Origin: Macrostomum lignano
Taxonomy: Eukaryota
Reading direction: 5' to 3'
Assembly (NCBI GenBank): GCA_002269645.1
Contig: NIVC01003507.1
Location: 1 to 64,000, forward strand
DNA length: 64,000 nucleotides
In this document: in pieces, positions 1 to 13,280 of the stretch
How the letters are laid out: each line of letters starts with the position of its first letter
Position numbering within the stretch: the first letter of the stretch is position 1
Notes under the pieces: model-generated
What the model saw: the letters and a program-made list of their open reading frames with translations, nothing else
Database searches by the model: none
Told to the model about the DNA's origin: nothing
Translations under genes and position numbers: made by a program

Positions 1-3000
1 CACAGATCCCCAACATCACAGATCCAAGCATCACAGATCTCCAAGTATAACAGATCCCAAGCATCACAGATCCCCAAGCATCACAGATCCCAAGCATCAA
101 CAGATCCCCAAGCATCACAGATCGCTCAAGCATCACAGATCTCAAGCATCACAGATCCTCAAGCATCACAGATCCCCAAGCATCACAGATCCTCAAGCAT
201 CACAGATCCCCAAGCATCACAGATCCTCAAGCATCACAGATCCTTAAGCATCACGGATCCCCAAGCATCACAGATCCCCAAGCATCACAGATCCCCAAGC
301 ATCACAGATCTCCAAGTATAACAGATCCTCAAGCATCACAGATCCTTAAGCATCACAGATCCCCAAGCATCACAGATCTCCAAGTATAACAGATCCCCAA
401 GCATCACAGATCCCCAAGCATCACAGATCCCCAAGCATCACAGATCACCAAGCATCACAGATCCCCAAGCATCACAGATCCCCAAGCATCACAGTCCCAA
501 GCATCACAGATCCTCAAGCATCACAGATGCCTCAAGCATCACAGATTCCCCAAGCATCAAGATCCCCAAGCATCACAGATCCCAAGCATCACAGATCCCC
601 AAGCATCACAGATCCCCAAGCATCACAGATCTCCAAGCATCACAGATCTCCAAGTATAACAGATCCTCAAGCATCACAGATCCTCAAGCATCACAGATCC
701 CAAGCATCACAGATATCCAAGTATAACAGATCCTCAAGCATCACAGATCCCCAAGCATCACAGATCCCCCAAGCATCACAGATCCCAAGCATCACAGATC
801 CCCAAGCATCACAGATATCCCAAGTATAACAGATCCCAAGCATCACAGATCCCAAGCATCACAGATCCTCAAGCATCACAGATCCCCAGCATCACAGATC
901 TCAAGTAAACAGATCCTCAAGCATCACAGATCCTCAAGCATCACAGATCCCCAAGCATCACAGATCCCCAAGCATCACAGATTCCCCAAGGATCACAGAT
1001 CCCGCAAGCATCACAGACTCCAAGTATAACACATCCTCAAGCATCACAGATCCTCAAGCATCACAGATCCCCAAGCATCACAGATATCCAAATATAACAG
1101 ATTCCTCAGCATCACAGATCCCAAGCATCACAGATCCCAATTCACAGATCTCCAAGTATAACAGATCCTCAAGCATCACAGATCCCCACATCACAGATCC
1201 CCAAGCATCACAGATCCCAGCATCACAGATCCCCAAGTATCACAGATCCTCAAGCATCAAGATCCCAAGCATCACAGATCCCAAGCATCACAGATCCCAA
1301 GCATCACAGATCCCCAAGCATCACAGATCCCCAAGCATCACAGATCCCAAGCATCACAGATCCCCAAGCATCACAGATCCCCAAGCATCACAGATCCCAA
1401 GCATCACAGATCCTCAAGCATCACAGATCCCCAAGCATCACAGATCCCCAAGCATCACAGATCTCCAAGTATAACAGATCCTCAAGCATCACAGATCCCC
1501 AAGCATCACAGATCCCCAAGCATCACAGATCCAAGTATAACAGATCCTCAAGCATCACAGATCCCCAAGCATCACAGATCCCCAAGCATCACAGATCCCC
1601 AAGCATCACAGATCCAAGCATCACAGATCCCCAAGCATCACAGATCCCAAGCATCACAGATCCCCAAGCATCACAGATCCCAAGCATCACAGATCCCCAA
1701 GCATCACAGATCCCCAAGCATCACAGATCCCCAAGCATCACAGATCCCCAAGCATCACAGATCCCAAGCATCACAGATCCCAAGCATCACAGATCCCAAG
1801 CATCACAGATCCCCAAGCATCACAGATCCCCAAGCATCACAGATCCCAAGCATCACAGATCCCCAAGCATCACAGATCCCCAAGCATCACAGATCCCAAG
1901 CATCACAGATCCCCAAGCATCACAGATCCCCAAGCATCACAGATCCCCAAGCATCACAGATCCCCAAGCATCACAGATCCCCAAGCATCACAGATCCCCA
2001 AGCATCACAGATCCCAAGCATCACAGATCCCCAAGCATCACAGATCCCCAAGCATCACAGATCCCCAAGCATCACAGATCCCCAAGCATCACAGATCCCA
2101 AGCATCACAGATCCCAAGCATCACAGATCCCCAAGCATCACAGATCCCCAAGCATCACAGATCCCAAGCATCACAGATCCCAAGCATCACAGATCCCCAA
2201 GCATCACAGATCCCCAAGCATCACAGATCCCAAGCATCACAGATCCCAAGCATCACAGATCCCCAAGCATCACAGATCCCCAAGCATCACAGATCCCAAG
2301 CATCACAGATCCCCAAGCATCACAGATCCCCAAGCATCACAGATCCCAAGCATCACAGATCCCAAGCATCACAGATCCCCAAGCATCACAGATCCCCAAG
2401 CATCACAGATCCCAAGCATCACAGATCTCCAAGTATAACAGATCCTCAAGCATCACAGATCCTCAAGCATCACAGATCCCCAAGCATCACAGATATCCAA
2501 GTATAACAGATCCTCAAGCATCACAGATCCCCAAGCATCACAGATCCCCAAGCATCACAGATCCCCAAGCATCACAGATCCCCAAGCATCACAGATCCCC
2601 AAGCATCACAGATCCCCAAGCATCACAGATCCCCAAGCATCACAGATCCCAAGCATCACAGATCCCCAAGCATCACAGATCCCAAGCATACAGATCCTCA
2701 AGCATCACAGATCCCCAAGCATCACAGATCCCCAAGCATCACAGATCCCAAGCATCACAGATCCCCAAGCATCACAGATCCCCAAGCATCACAGATCCCC
2801 AAGCATCACAGATCCCCAAGCATCACAGATCCCCAAGCATCACAGATCTCCAAGTATAACAGATCCTCAAGCATCACAGATCCTCAAGCATCACAGATCC
2901 CCAAGCATCACAGATATCCAAGTATAACAGATCCTCAAGCATCACAGATCCCCAAGCATCACAGATCCCCAAGCATCACAGATCTCCAAGTATAACAGAT

Positions 3001-4760
3001 CCTCAAGCATCACAGATCCCCAAGCATCACAGATCCCCAAGCATCACAGATCCCCAAGCATCACAGATCCCCAAGTATCACAGATCCCAAGCATCACAGA
3101 TCCCCAAGCATCACAGATCCCCAAGCATCACAGATCCCCAAGCATCACAGATCCCCAAGCATCACTGATCCCCAAGCATCACAGATCCCCAAGCATCACA
3201 GATCCCCAAGCATCACAGATCCCCAAGCATCACAGATCCCCAAGCATCACAGATCCCCAAGCATCACAGATCCCAAGCATCACAGATCCCCAAGCATCAC
3301 AGATCCCCAAGCATCACAGATCCCCAAGCATCACAGATCCTCAAGTATCACAGATCCTCAAGCATCACAGATCCCAAGCATCACAGATCCTCAAGCATCA
3401 CAGATCCCCAAGCATCACAGATCCCCAAGCATCACAGATCCCAAGCATCACAGATCCCCAAGCATCACAGATCCCCAAGCATCACAGATCCTCAAGCATC
3501 ACAGATCCCCAAGCATCACAGATCCCAAGCATCACAGATCCCAAGCATCACAGATCCCCAAGCATCACAGATCTCCAAGTATAACAGATCCTCAAGCATC
3601 ACAGATCCTCAAGCATCACAGATCCTCAAGCATCACAGATCCCCAAGCATCACAGATATCCAAGTATAACAGATCCCCAAGCATCACAGATCTCCAAGTA
3701 TAACAGATCCTCAAGCATCACAGATCCTCAAGCATCACAGATCCCCAAGCATCACAGATATCCAAGTATAACAGATCCTCAAGCATCACAGATCCCCAAG
3801 CATCACAGATCCCCAAGCATCACAGATCCCCAAGCATCACAGATCTCCAAGTATAACAGATCCTCAAGCATCACAGATCCCCAAGCATCACAGATCCCCA
3901 AGCATCACAGATCCCCAAGTATCACAGATCCTCAAGCATCACAGATCCCCAAGCATCACAGATCCCAAGCATCACAGATCCCCAAGCATCACAGATCCCC
4001 AAGCATCACAGATCCCCAAGCATCACAGATCTCCAAGTATAACCGATCCTCAAGCATCACAGATCCTCAAGCATCACAGATCCCCAAGCATCACAGATAT
4101 ACAAGTATAACAGATCCTCAAGCATCACAGATCCCCAAGCATCACAGATCCCCAAGCATCACAGATCCCCAAGCATCACAGATCTCCAAGTATAACAGAT
4201 CCTCAAGCATCACAGATCCCCAAGCATCACAGATCCCCAAGCATCACAGATCCCCAAGCATCACAGATCCCCAAGTATCACAGATCCTCAAGCATCACAG
4301 ATCCCCAAGCATCACAGATCCCCAAGCATCACAGATCCCCAAGCATCACAGATCCCCAAGCATCACAGATCCCCAAGCATCACAGATCCCCAAGCATCAC
4401 AGATCCCCAAGCATCACAGATCCCCAAGCATCACAGATCCCAAGCATCACAGATCTCCAAGTATAACAGATCCTCAAGCATCACAGATCCTCAAGCATCA
4501 CAGATCCCCAAGCATCACAGATATCCAAGTATAACAGATCCTCAAGCATCACAGATCCTCAAGCATCACAGATCCCCAAGCATCACAGATCCCCAAGCAT
4601 CACAGATCCCAAGCATCACAGATCCCCAAGCATCACAGATCCCCAAGCATCACAGATCCCAAGCATCACAGATCCCCAAGCATCACAGATCCCCAAGCAT
4701 CACAGATCCCCAAGCATCACTGATCACCCAAGCATCACAGATCTCCAAGTATAACAGATC
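1..4760. repeat. Long 17-bp satellite (GATCCCCAAGCATCACA)n with 16-bp and 18-bp (GATCTCCAAGTATAACA-type) variants; runs off the window start; probably intronic to the SEC14-like gene
   Basis: Continuous tandem iteration visible directly; ends abruptly at ...ATAACAGATC 4760. Confidence 0.98.
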
Positions 4761-5051
4761 TGTAAAAATCTGTCAAGCTAAATTTCTGTGGTCCCTTCTG
4801 TGCGATTGTTTACGTGTTGACAATCTGTTGTAATGCCAGTGTAATGAATTCTTAAATTGTCGGTTCACTGTTCAGTTTCGGCAGCCACATCAGCATTTCA
4901 GTAATTAGCATTAGGCTTAGGTAGTGTCGTGTCTTGAGAGATTTGCAATCGGTTTGGTTTAACCTTCTTAATACAGTGTGTGCTTTTGCTGACTGCAATT
5001 TCCGCTTTGCATTACTAGCACGCAAAAAGACACACGCAAAAAATCATGGAC

Positions 5052-5440
5052 AAAAATGCCCATGAGAAATAGCCTATCAGATATCCATGAGAAATACCCT
5101 GGCAGATACCCATGAGTAATACCATATCAGCTGTCTATGAGAAATACCCTGTCAGATCTCCATAAGAAATACCCTAGAAGATACCCCTGAGAAATACCCT
5201 GAGAGATGCCTATGAGAAATACCCTATCAGATGCCCATGAGAAATACCCTGGGAAATACCCATGAGAAATACCATATCAGATGTCTACGAGAAATACCCT
5301 ATCAGATGCCCATGAGAAATACCATATCAGATACCCATGAGAAATACCCTATAAGATATCCATGAGAAATACCCTATAAGATACCCATGAGAAATATCCT
5401 ATCAGATGTCAATGAAAAATACCCTGGGAGATACCCTGGG
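5052..5440. repeat. Degenerate ~25-bp minisatellite (GAAATACCCTATCAGATACCCATGA)n
   Basis: About 15 diverged tandem copies ending just before the 5481 acceptor. Confidence 0.9.
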
Positions 5441-5480
5441 AGTTTACATCTCTCTCATGCCCCCAACCGCTCATCACAAG

Positions 5481-6125
5481 GTCGGCCACTCGCGAGGAGC
5501 TGATCCGCGGCCGAATCTACGTGTCCGAGTGGACCTGCCGACGCCTGATGCCCCGACGCCGGGCTGCCACGGGCCGGGCGATCTACCAGCTGACGGTGGT
5601 GTACGACTTCGCCGAATTCGGCCGCCGGCAAATGTGGCCACCGTCGCTGGATTTGTTCCTAGAGCTGACCAGAATTTGTGAGGCCAATTATCCCGAGACC
5701 ATGGGATTAGCGCTGGTTATTAACGCCCCGTCGCTGTTCCCGGCTCTGTTCAACATGCTGAAACCGCTGCTGCACAAGGACACTCAGAGTAAAATCCACG
5801 TGCTTGGCGACAATTATCAGGAGCTGCTGCGGCAGTACATTGCGCCAGACCAGCTGCCCGTCTGCTACGGCGGCACGAGGCGGGATCCCGACGGAGACCC
5901 CACCTGCTCTTCGTGCATCTGCTATGGCGGACAGGTGAGGCTGGGTCTGCCTGTCTGCCTGTCTATGTCTCTGTGTGTCTGCCTGTCTGCCTGTATGTGT
6001 CTCTGTGTGTCTGCCTGTCTGTCTGTCTGCCTGTCTTTGTGTCTCTGTGTGTCTGTCTGTCTGTCTGTCTGTCTGCCTGTCTGTGTCTCTCTGTGTGTCT
6101 GCCTGTCTTTCTGTCTGTCTGTCTC

Positions 6126-6180
<55 letters not shown>

Positions 6181-6249
6181 GCCTGCCTGTCTGTCAGCCT
6201 GTCTGTTTATCTCTGTGTGTCTGTCTTAGTATCTGTCTGTCTGTCTTAG

Positions 6250-6290
<41 letters not shown>

Positions 6291-8242
6291 GCCTGCCTGT
6301 CTGTCAGCCTGTCTGTTTATCTCTGTGTGTCTGTCTTAGTGTCTGTCTGTCTGTCTTAGTGTCTGTCTGTCTGTCTGTCTGTCTTAGTCTCTGTCTGTCT
6401 GTCTGTCTGTCTGTCTGCCTGTCTTTCTGTCTGTCTGTCTGTCTGGCTGTCTGTCTGCCTATCTATGCCTGTCTGGGTCTGATGTGTATATATTAGCCGA
6501 ATAAACACGGGAACGTTTTGTAGCATTGGAATTTTGAATCCGTATATAATTTGGTAATGCTTTTTTGCAGTTCTCAAGATAGTCAGCTATTATCTGCTAA
6601 GCATTTTCACTGTAGCTTGCATTCTGAACTTATTTTGCTTTCGTCTTTGGTATGCGGCCTTTAGAGATCTGGTAGTATTTCCCATTTTTTTCTGAAGAAT
6701 ATTTATACACATACGTGTTCTTGGCTTCTCATTCTGCCCATTTTAACTTCAACAGCTCCAGGTGTTTCTTACTATCCGCACAGTTATACAGCTCTATCTG
6801 TAGAACTGTAAACACAGGTGTCTGACTTAATCAATAATAGCTAAGATCCCGCATTGCTAATCAATCTACGAGGGGTGTCTCAGAAGTAGTGTCACTTTTG
6901 CTTGCTTCCACAAGTATTAATGCGTGTAAAAAAAACATATGCCTTAAAAGTTAGCGGCTTATTTTCGCTTTCATGTCAATAAAGTCCGATTTTTATAAGT
7001 GCTTCCTGCTGTAAGCAGCATGCATTTGTTCGCATACCCTTGGCCATAGAAATACACACCGCATAGTGCTTCTATGCTCACTCAGAAGAAAGCCACAAGT
7101 AGAGCTGATCAAGCACAGAGTTGCAAGACAGCAGCTACAAGATTTGTTCCAGTCATGGACCCTAACATTCACTCTACAGAAGGGCAGAGACATGCAATTT
7201 TTACACTTTGGAGTCTTGGTCAGAAATGCCCTGATATTCACGAAAACCTGACCCGCATTCACGGTCCCGATTCCATCAGTCGACGAACAGTTTACAGGTG
7301 GATCGAACAGTTCGAGGCTGGCTGTAGATATCAAATGCCAACCACCTTTGGGTAAGTTGGCAAAACATACTGCCGGCCAGCCTCGAACTACTGTCTTGCA
7401 ACTCTGTGCTTGATCAGCTGTACTTGTGGCTTTCTTCTGAGTGAGCATAGAAGCACTACACCATTTTACCCTCGATTTTGAACAAGGAGAACTTCGAAAC
7501 CGACAAACTCCTCTTCAATATTGACACTCTATGGTTGGGCACTCAAAATCTACAATCAATATTGACAGATCAAGCTTCAATTTTGACAAACTCTTGTTCA
7601 ATTTTGACAAAACACATTTAGTCAGCTTGTCCTTGGAGAAATCGGTAACAAAGTAATCCCATGAAAGCCTGAAAGGGGGGAAAGTTATCTGTGCAAAATC
7701 AGCTCATTCTGACCTTGTTTTTGGGATCTACAAGTATTGATAAAATTTATTTTCCTTCATCCTCTTACACACAGAGACTAAAATAGCCTGACTGGTGGGC
7801 CGCAAAGTCCGATTCTATTTTGACAGAGTTGGTTCAAAACTGACACTCTATGGTTTGTGTACCCCGAAAGTCCGCTTCATTTTTGACAACTCCTAATCAA
7901 TATTGAACAGTTTACAATCCGTTAACTTAACTACGTTAACTTAAAAGTTAAAGCCGTTAACTTTTAAGGCATATGATTTTTTAACACACATTAATACTTG
8001 GAAGCAAGCAAAAGTGACACTACTTCTGGGACACCCCTCGTAAATCAGTATAGTTGCAGCGCTCACCTATCTGCGCCAGGGCTTGCATTAGCTGCTAGTG
8101 GAATGCTGAGCGAAGTCTAACAAACATACTTGCACTAAAAGCATAAATACATATACGTACATTTGTGCTTGTGTGCGCGTTGCCGATCTTAAACGGCTAT
8201 GAGATGATCTGAAACTGTTGCTCCAGCTTGCTATTCTGTCTC

Positions 8243-8304
<62 letters not shown>

Positions 8305-8310
8305 AGTCTG

Positions 8311-8342
<32 letters not shown>

Positions 8343-8376
8343 AGTCTGTGTCTGTCTGTCTGTCTGTCTGTCTGCC

Positions 8377-8469
<93 letters not shown>

Positions 8470-8520
8470 GTCTGTCTGTCTGTCTGTCTGTCTGTCAGTC
8501 TGTGTCTGTCTGTCTGTCTG

Positions 8521-8552
<32 letters not shown>

Positions 8553-8558
8553 AGTCTG

Positions 8559-8613
<55 letters not shown>

Positions 8614-8644
8614 GTCTGTCTGTGTCTGTCTGTCTGTCTGTCTG

Positions 8645-8676
<32 letters not shown>

Positions 8677-8682
8677 AGTCTG

Positions 8683-8714
<32 letters not shown>

Positions 8715-8720
8715 AGTCTG

Positions 8721-8765
<45 letters not shown>

Positions 8766-9591
8766 GTCTGTCTGTCTGTCGCGCGCTCGTATGTGCTCAG
8801 GAGTCAGCTGAACGGGCAGAATTGCCGTCAGCGCTGGTTGTGGGACCATGTCTCTGAAGGTGTTGCGCAAGGATGCCCCACAGCCATCCCGCCCACCTCG
8901 GTGTTCGCAGGTTCCATCCGAATACTACCTGCGGCCTCTGAATGCCGACAAGCTCATCCAGTCCTCGGTCGGCCGCCGCTCCGCCCTGAAAGTGGACCTG
9001 ACCGTGAAGCCGGGCGAGGCGCCAGTCAATCTGGACTGGGAATTCGTCACCGAGGAAGGCGACATCGGCTTTGAAGTGTACCTGCAGGGCAGCAACGGCA
9101 ACGGCGCCGGCCCGGAGTCGACTGATCAGCAGCAACGGCAGTACATTGTCCAGCTAGGCCGCGTTGAAAGCGACATTCGACCAATCAGCGGCAGTGTGGT
9201 CTGCCAGCTGCCTGGCACTTACATTGTCAAATTCGACAACGGGCACAGCTGGACTCGGTCTAAGAAGCTCAGCTATTACCTGGAACTGCGGCCAACCAAT
9301 GGCGATCAATCCCTGCTGCAGCTGCCATTTGCCGACTGTCATCCGAAACGTCGCCGTGGCGGCGTCCGGCTTCGATTTGTGCCGCCGGAGGATGCGCCGA
9401 CGCCGACGCCGAGCAGTCTGTCCGCCTCCGCGTCTGCCGCCTCCGTTGAGCTGCCGGCGCCGCCGCCGCCGCCGCCGCCGCCTCAGACTGCCATTCACAC
9501 CGGCAGTAATAGTCGGGGTCTGACGCGACAGGAGAGCCAGGAGAGCTTTCACACGGCTTGTTCGCATCTCTCCGACACGGAATCTTCGTAA
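5481..9591 (+). CDS. SEC14-like CRAL-TRIO + GOLD lipid-transfer protein (SEC14L2/3/4, TAP/SPF family), 5'-partial; exons 5481-5934 and 8911-9591
   Basis: The translation ...[20 protein letters not shown]...[24 protein letters not shown]...[18 protein letters not shown]...ICYGGQ|VPSEYYLR matches the SEC14L2 pattern (NYPETLKRLFVVKAP...PDQVPVEYGGT.TDPDGNPKC..INYGGDIP..YYVR). A GOLD domain follows ([12 protein letters not shown]...[22 protein letters not shown]). Donor CAG|GTGAGG at 5934/5 and acceptor CGCAG|GTT at 8910/11 are in phase 0; TAA is at 9589-9591. The 5481 acceptor (AAG) is less certain. Confidence 0.93.
5946..6478. repeat. (CTGT)n-type microsatellite, intronic
   Basis: Direct reading. 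Confidence 0.97.
6869..8040 (+). mobile_element. Non-autonomous, internally rearranged mariner (CGAGGG-terminated, irritans/Hsmar2-like ends), 1172 bp, TA target duplication
   Basis: About 90-bp TIRs: TA|CGAGGGGTGTCTCAGAAGTAGTGTCACTTTTGCTTGCTTCC... at 6869 and ...GGAAGCAAGCAAAAGTGACACTACTTCTGGGACACCCCTCG|TA ending at 8040. A remnant N-terminal transposase HTH ([46 protein letters not shown]) lies in ORF 7074-7355; no catalytic domain is present. Confidence 0.9.
8235..8780. repeat. (CTGT)n microsatellite, intronic
   Basis: Direct reading. Confidence 0.97.
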
Positions 9592-9884
9592 CTGGCTTAC
9601 TAATCCAACTGGCATGGAGACTGCAGATTCTGGAATTAGTTAAATATATCACTCGGAAAAGATGCGATTTTCAGTAGCAAAATTAGCGCTTTTTGTGCCG
9701 TTTTACAGTACATTTTAAAGTTTTTGCAGCCGCTTTTGGCTCTACAGACAGACCCATTAAATTAGCACTTGGCAGACTAACGATTGCACGAAAGCTTAAA
9801 AAGCCAAATCCAGTGCGTGTGCAAAGCGATCAAGAAAGAAAAGGGGTTTGGCCTTCCTCTTGCCCGCTTGTGTCGGACTTTGAC

Positions 9885-10095
9885 CCTCTCTCCTTACTGC
9901 TCTCTCATTGGCTGAGCCAGATTGAGCCTCCCCCTAGGCTGAGTTTCGTCGGTCTGACTTTCACCTCTCTCCTTACTGCTCTCTCATTGGCTGAGCCAGA
10001 TTGAGCCTCCCCCTAGGCTGAGTTTCGTCGGTCTGACTTTCACCTCTCTCCTTACTGCTCTCTCATTGGTGAGCTAGATTGGGCTTCTCCCCTAG
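9885..10095. repeat. 79-bp direct repeat, ~2.6 copies, each with a reversed CCAAT box (CATTGG); possibly LTR U3-like
   Basis: CCTCTCTCCTTACTGCTCTCTCATTGG recurs at 9885, 9964 and 10043 (period 79). Confidence 0.85.
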
Positions 10096-12137
10096 AAGCG
10101 TCTGTCTTGCGTTCACTTGTGTACATCGAGTTATATGCTTGCTGTTCAGTATTAACTCCAAATGCTCCTTAGGCTACAAATCCGAGGAAGGAAATTAAAT
10201 TTTATCTGCTACATTAAATTTAAGTGACACTGCGCAGACAAACTACTGAAAGAGGAGTAGGCGCTCTAATTTTCACAATTTTAATGCGAGTGACAAATCT
10301 AGCTCGTAGATATTCTTGTATCTGTGATCGATTACCGAAATAATAGATGATTTTTAGTGAAGACACTGCCTGGACCATTTTTTGCTTCAGCGTAATGATA
10401 CCCCCAATTTTCACTGGGGGAGGCAGTTGACCCCCTCTGTTCCACGGTTCCTGGCTGTAATATATCCCAGAAAACACAAAAACACTTAAAAGTTTTAGCA
10501 GTTCAAAAAACCAAACTTATTATTCTGGTTGAAGCTGATCGAGTTGATGAAGGGCCAGTTCAATTTAAACATGATTTAAACCCTCGATTTAACCGCTTTC
10601 CGTTTACTGTACGATTATTAATGTGGTTACTATTAGAAGATCTGTCTGTCATTCTATTTATCCTGCTGTTGTTTCCCTGTGCCCTTAGAGGTCAGTGGTC
10701 ACGAAATCTGTATGCATAAATATAATGATTATTAATTTTCTATGCGCCCTATTGTCTCGTTTTTCGCTGTCTAATTTTTTTCAAATAAAAACAAATAAAA
10801 TAGACTAAAAATATTAGAAGTTAAAAAAGCTACATAGAATACATATCGGTCGAGAGCGGACATCATTGACCGGTTATCATTAGCTCTCTATATACTAAGC
10901 TGCTACTTGAAACTCTGTTTTTCTTGTTGTTCTCTGCTGCTTCTTTTTTCTTTTTTTGTCTTTCGTTGTTCTGTCTGCTATTTGCTAATTGTTGCTGAGG
11001 GCACTGGCGCAGTGCAGAGGGTTTGTTTTGCGCGCATTCAACTGCCAGTCTGGCCCAGTGTCCGCTCTGTGCATTTGTTTGTCTTTCCTTACTTATTTGT
11101 TAATTAGTTGATCGCAGTATGGGCTGCTTACAATTTTAATTGTTTATTTTGTGTTTCTAATTTTACCTGACAAATCCGATTGCAAAGCTGAATGCATTGT
11201 CAATAGGACATCCCGTTGTGTCTGCTTAAAGTATCAAAATATGTGTTTTGCTTATTGCTCAGTTTTTGTTGGTCACAGACAAATCGGTTTTTTAAAAATA
11301 TTATAGATTTTTTATTTGCAAAATTTCAGCAAAAAAGACTACTTAAAGTAATGGCGCTGATTTAAGCTGCGTAAAATTGTAGTCTTGCTGTCTAAGAAAT
11401 GACGCAATTATATTATTATTTAAAAGTTGTATAATGTCATATTACGAATGATACAATTGATTAGTAAATGGGGTATTTAAGTATGCCTCGATACTTACCT
11501 TTTGCATATCTATTTCAATAAAAATGCTATTATTATTATATACTTCTTAAGCAGCTCTTTGCCAGTCCTTCAATGTAATCTCGGCACTGTGGCTTCCATG
11601 GATCGTATATAATAATATTATATTATCGCTATTGATTAGAGCGTTCAAATATTTTTATTTTCATATCTTTGTTACATCGTTTTTTCAGTACTACAAAGTG
11701 CTACTACAATACCTGTTTTTTGTGCATTGAAAACTCTAGTTAATATTTTTCTGGATGCTTATTACCCTAAACAACTTGTTTTTATGTCGATTTTATTCAA
11801 GTGCTGAAGCCAGTATTTTGGTTTACGCATGTAATCAACGATAAATGTAATGTGAGGATTTTTGTTGAACGTGTAGTTTTTTCCTAACTTGCATATAAAA
11901 AATTCTAAATGCGTTCATTGATTTGATTGTATTCTCAGCCACTATGTCATTTGGACTGTCGGTGCAAAAATAGTTGAACCGCAATTTCTTAGCAGAAAAT
12001 TAGAAAACAAAAACATATAATAAATATGACTTTAGAACATGTTTTAGGGCGTATATTATATTTCTAAGAACAAATCAATTGTCTTTTTTAGTTTGATTTG
12101 GTCAATTTTATAAAAATCATAGACTTTTGGTTACTAT

Positions 12138-12512
12138 AGTTGTATTCCTACGCAAATTCCTAGGCAGGAAACCGGGATCTTAACGTAGACGAGTCGAATG
12201 CTGTACATGTACGTTTGTATTGTAGACTTGCTGAATATCCAGACAAGCTGGGCGACTGGGCCGCCAAGTGGCAATTAAGAACTAGTAGGATAGCAGAGCA
12301 CAGACACTAGGAGTGTCGGAGAACTGATGGTAAACAGAGTAAACAGGGAGAGGGGTCGTATATTTACACATGTATACTCGTGTGGGAGAAAGTACCAGGA
12401 AACACGCGGAAATACGAATATAGAAATTTCTAGAGATATATACATGTACGTAAGCAAAGTTTAGTCACGCCCCTCATGCGGAAAGTTTCTAGAAGTCTGT
12501 CTCAATACGACA
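12138..12512. mobile_element. Possible decayed solo LTR
   Basis: Ends in ...AATACGACA at 12512; the left end (AGTTGTATT/TGTATT) is a degenerate inverted match. It shares AAACAGAGTAAACAG with the clear solo LTR at 49573-49893. The TSD is ambiguous (ATAGT/ATAAT if the start is 12141). Confidence 0.4.
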
Positions 12513-13280
12513 ATAATAGATTTTTATTGTTTGTTTTTAATACCCTTAGGTTATCCAGGACTGTATGCTTGAAGCATAAAATTGTTTTCTCAGGACTCTA
12601 GAGTAGATTATGTTATCAAATACATGTTTGTTAGATTTTCCTTTTGAGACTTCGCTACTTAAATGCTATCACATGGCTAAAATAGAACATGTAACTGATA
12701 CTCGTAAAGATGAATGCATTTGTATCGTCTCCCCATTCAAATACCAGCACACACGTCTAGTGTATGTGGCAATCTAATAATTTTGAATCACTGATGCTTG
12801 TATATATTGTTGGCCTTAACGTTTTGCGAAGAAGTTCTCAATAACCTCGGTTCGCACTAGGAGTAAAAAATCGGCAGACTAGTTATATTTTTATAGTATA
12901 ACAGTTATTGTATTTAAATACTTATTGTACAGGGTATTATTGTTAGTTTTAATAATATAATGTGAAGCGCAAACCTAATTTATTTTAATCAATAAAATAC
13001 TCCCCGGATTGTGTTCGTTACTTAAAACGTGATTGTGTTGAAGCGTGGAGCAGGAGCATGTTTGCTCAGAGCAGCACGTAAAGGCATACAGCGCGAAATA
13101 TAGGTTGGTTGGTGGCACCCCTTCACTCGCTACTTGTAACTTCAAATTATCATGGCCTTGCGCATGCACTTAAACTCTATTTAGAAAAACTGAGTCCTGA
13201 GATACATAATTAACTCTACTAGCTATCTATAAGGGCAAGACTCAAAGCTTTGCTTAATCCTATGACGTATGTCTATAGAC

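Noticed and set aside
5913-8857. Long CLSV/VCLS-rich ORFs (also 42009-42602, 55397-56331, 56610-57485, 60518-61008, 61999-62325, 17233-18112)
   Set aside because: These are open frames through micro- and minisatellites inside introns defined by flanking exons.
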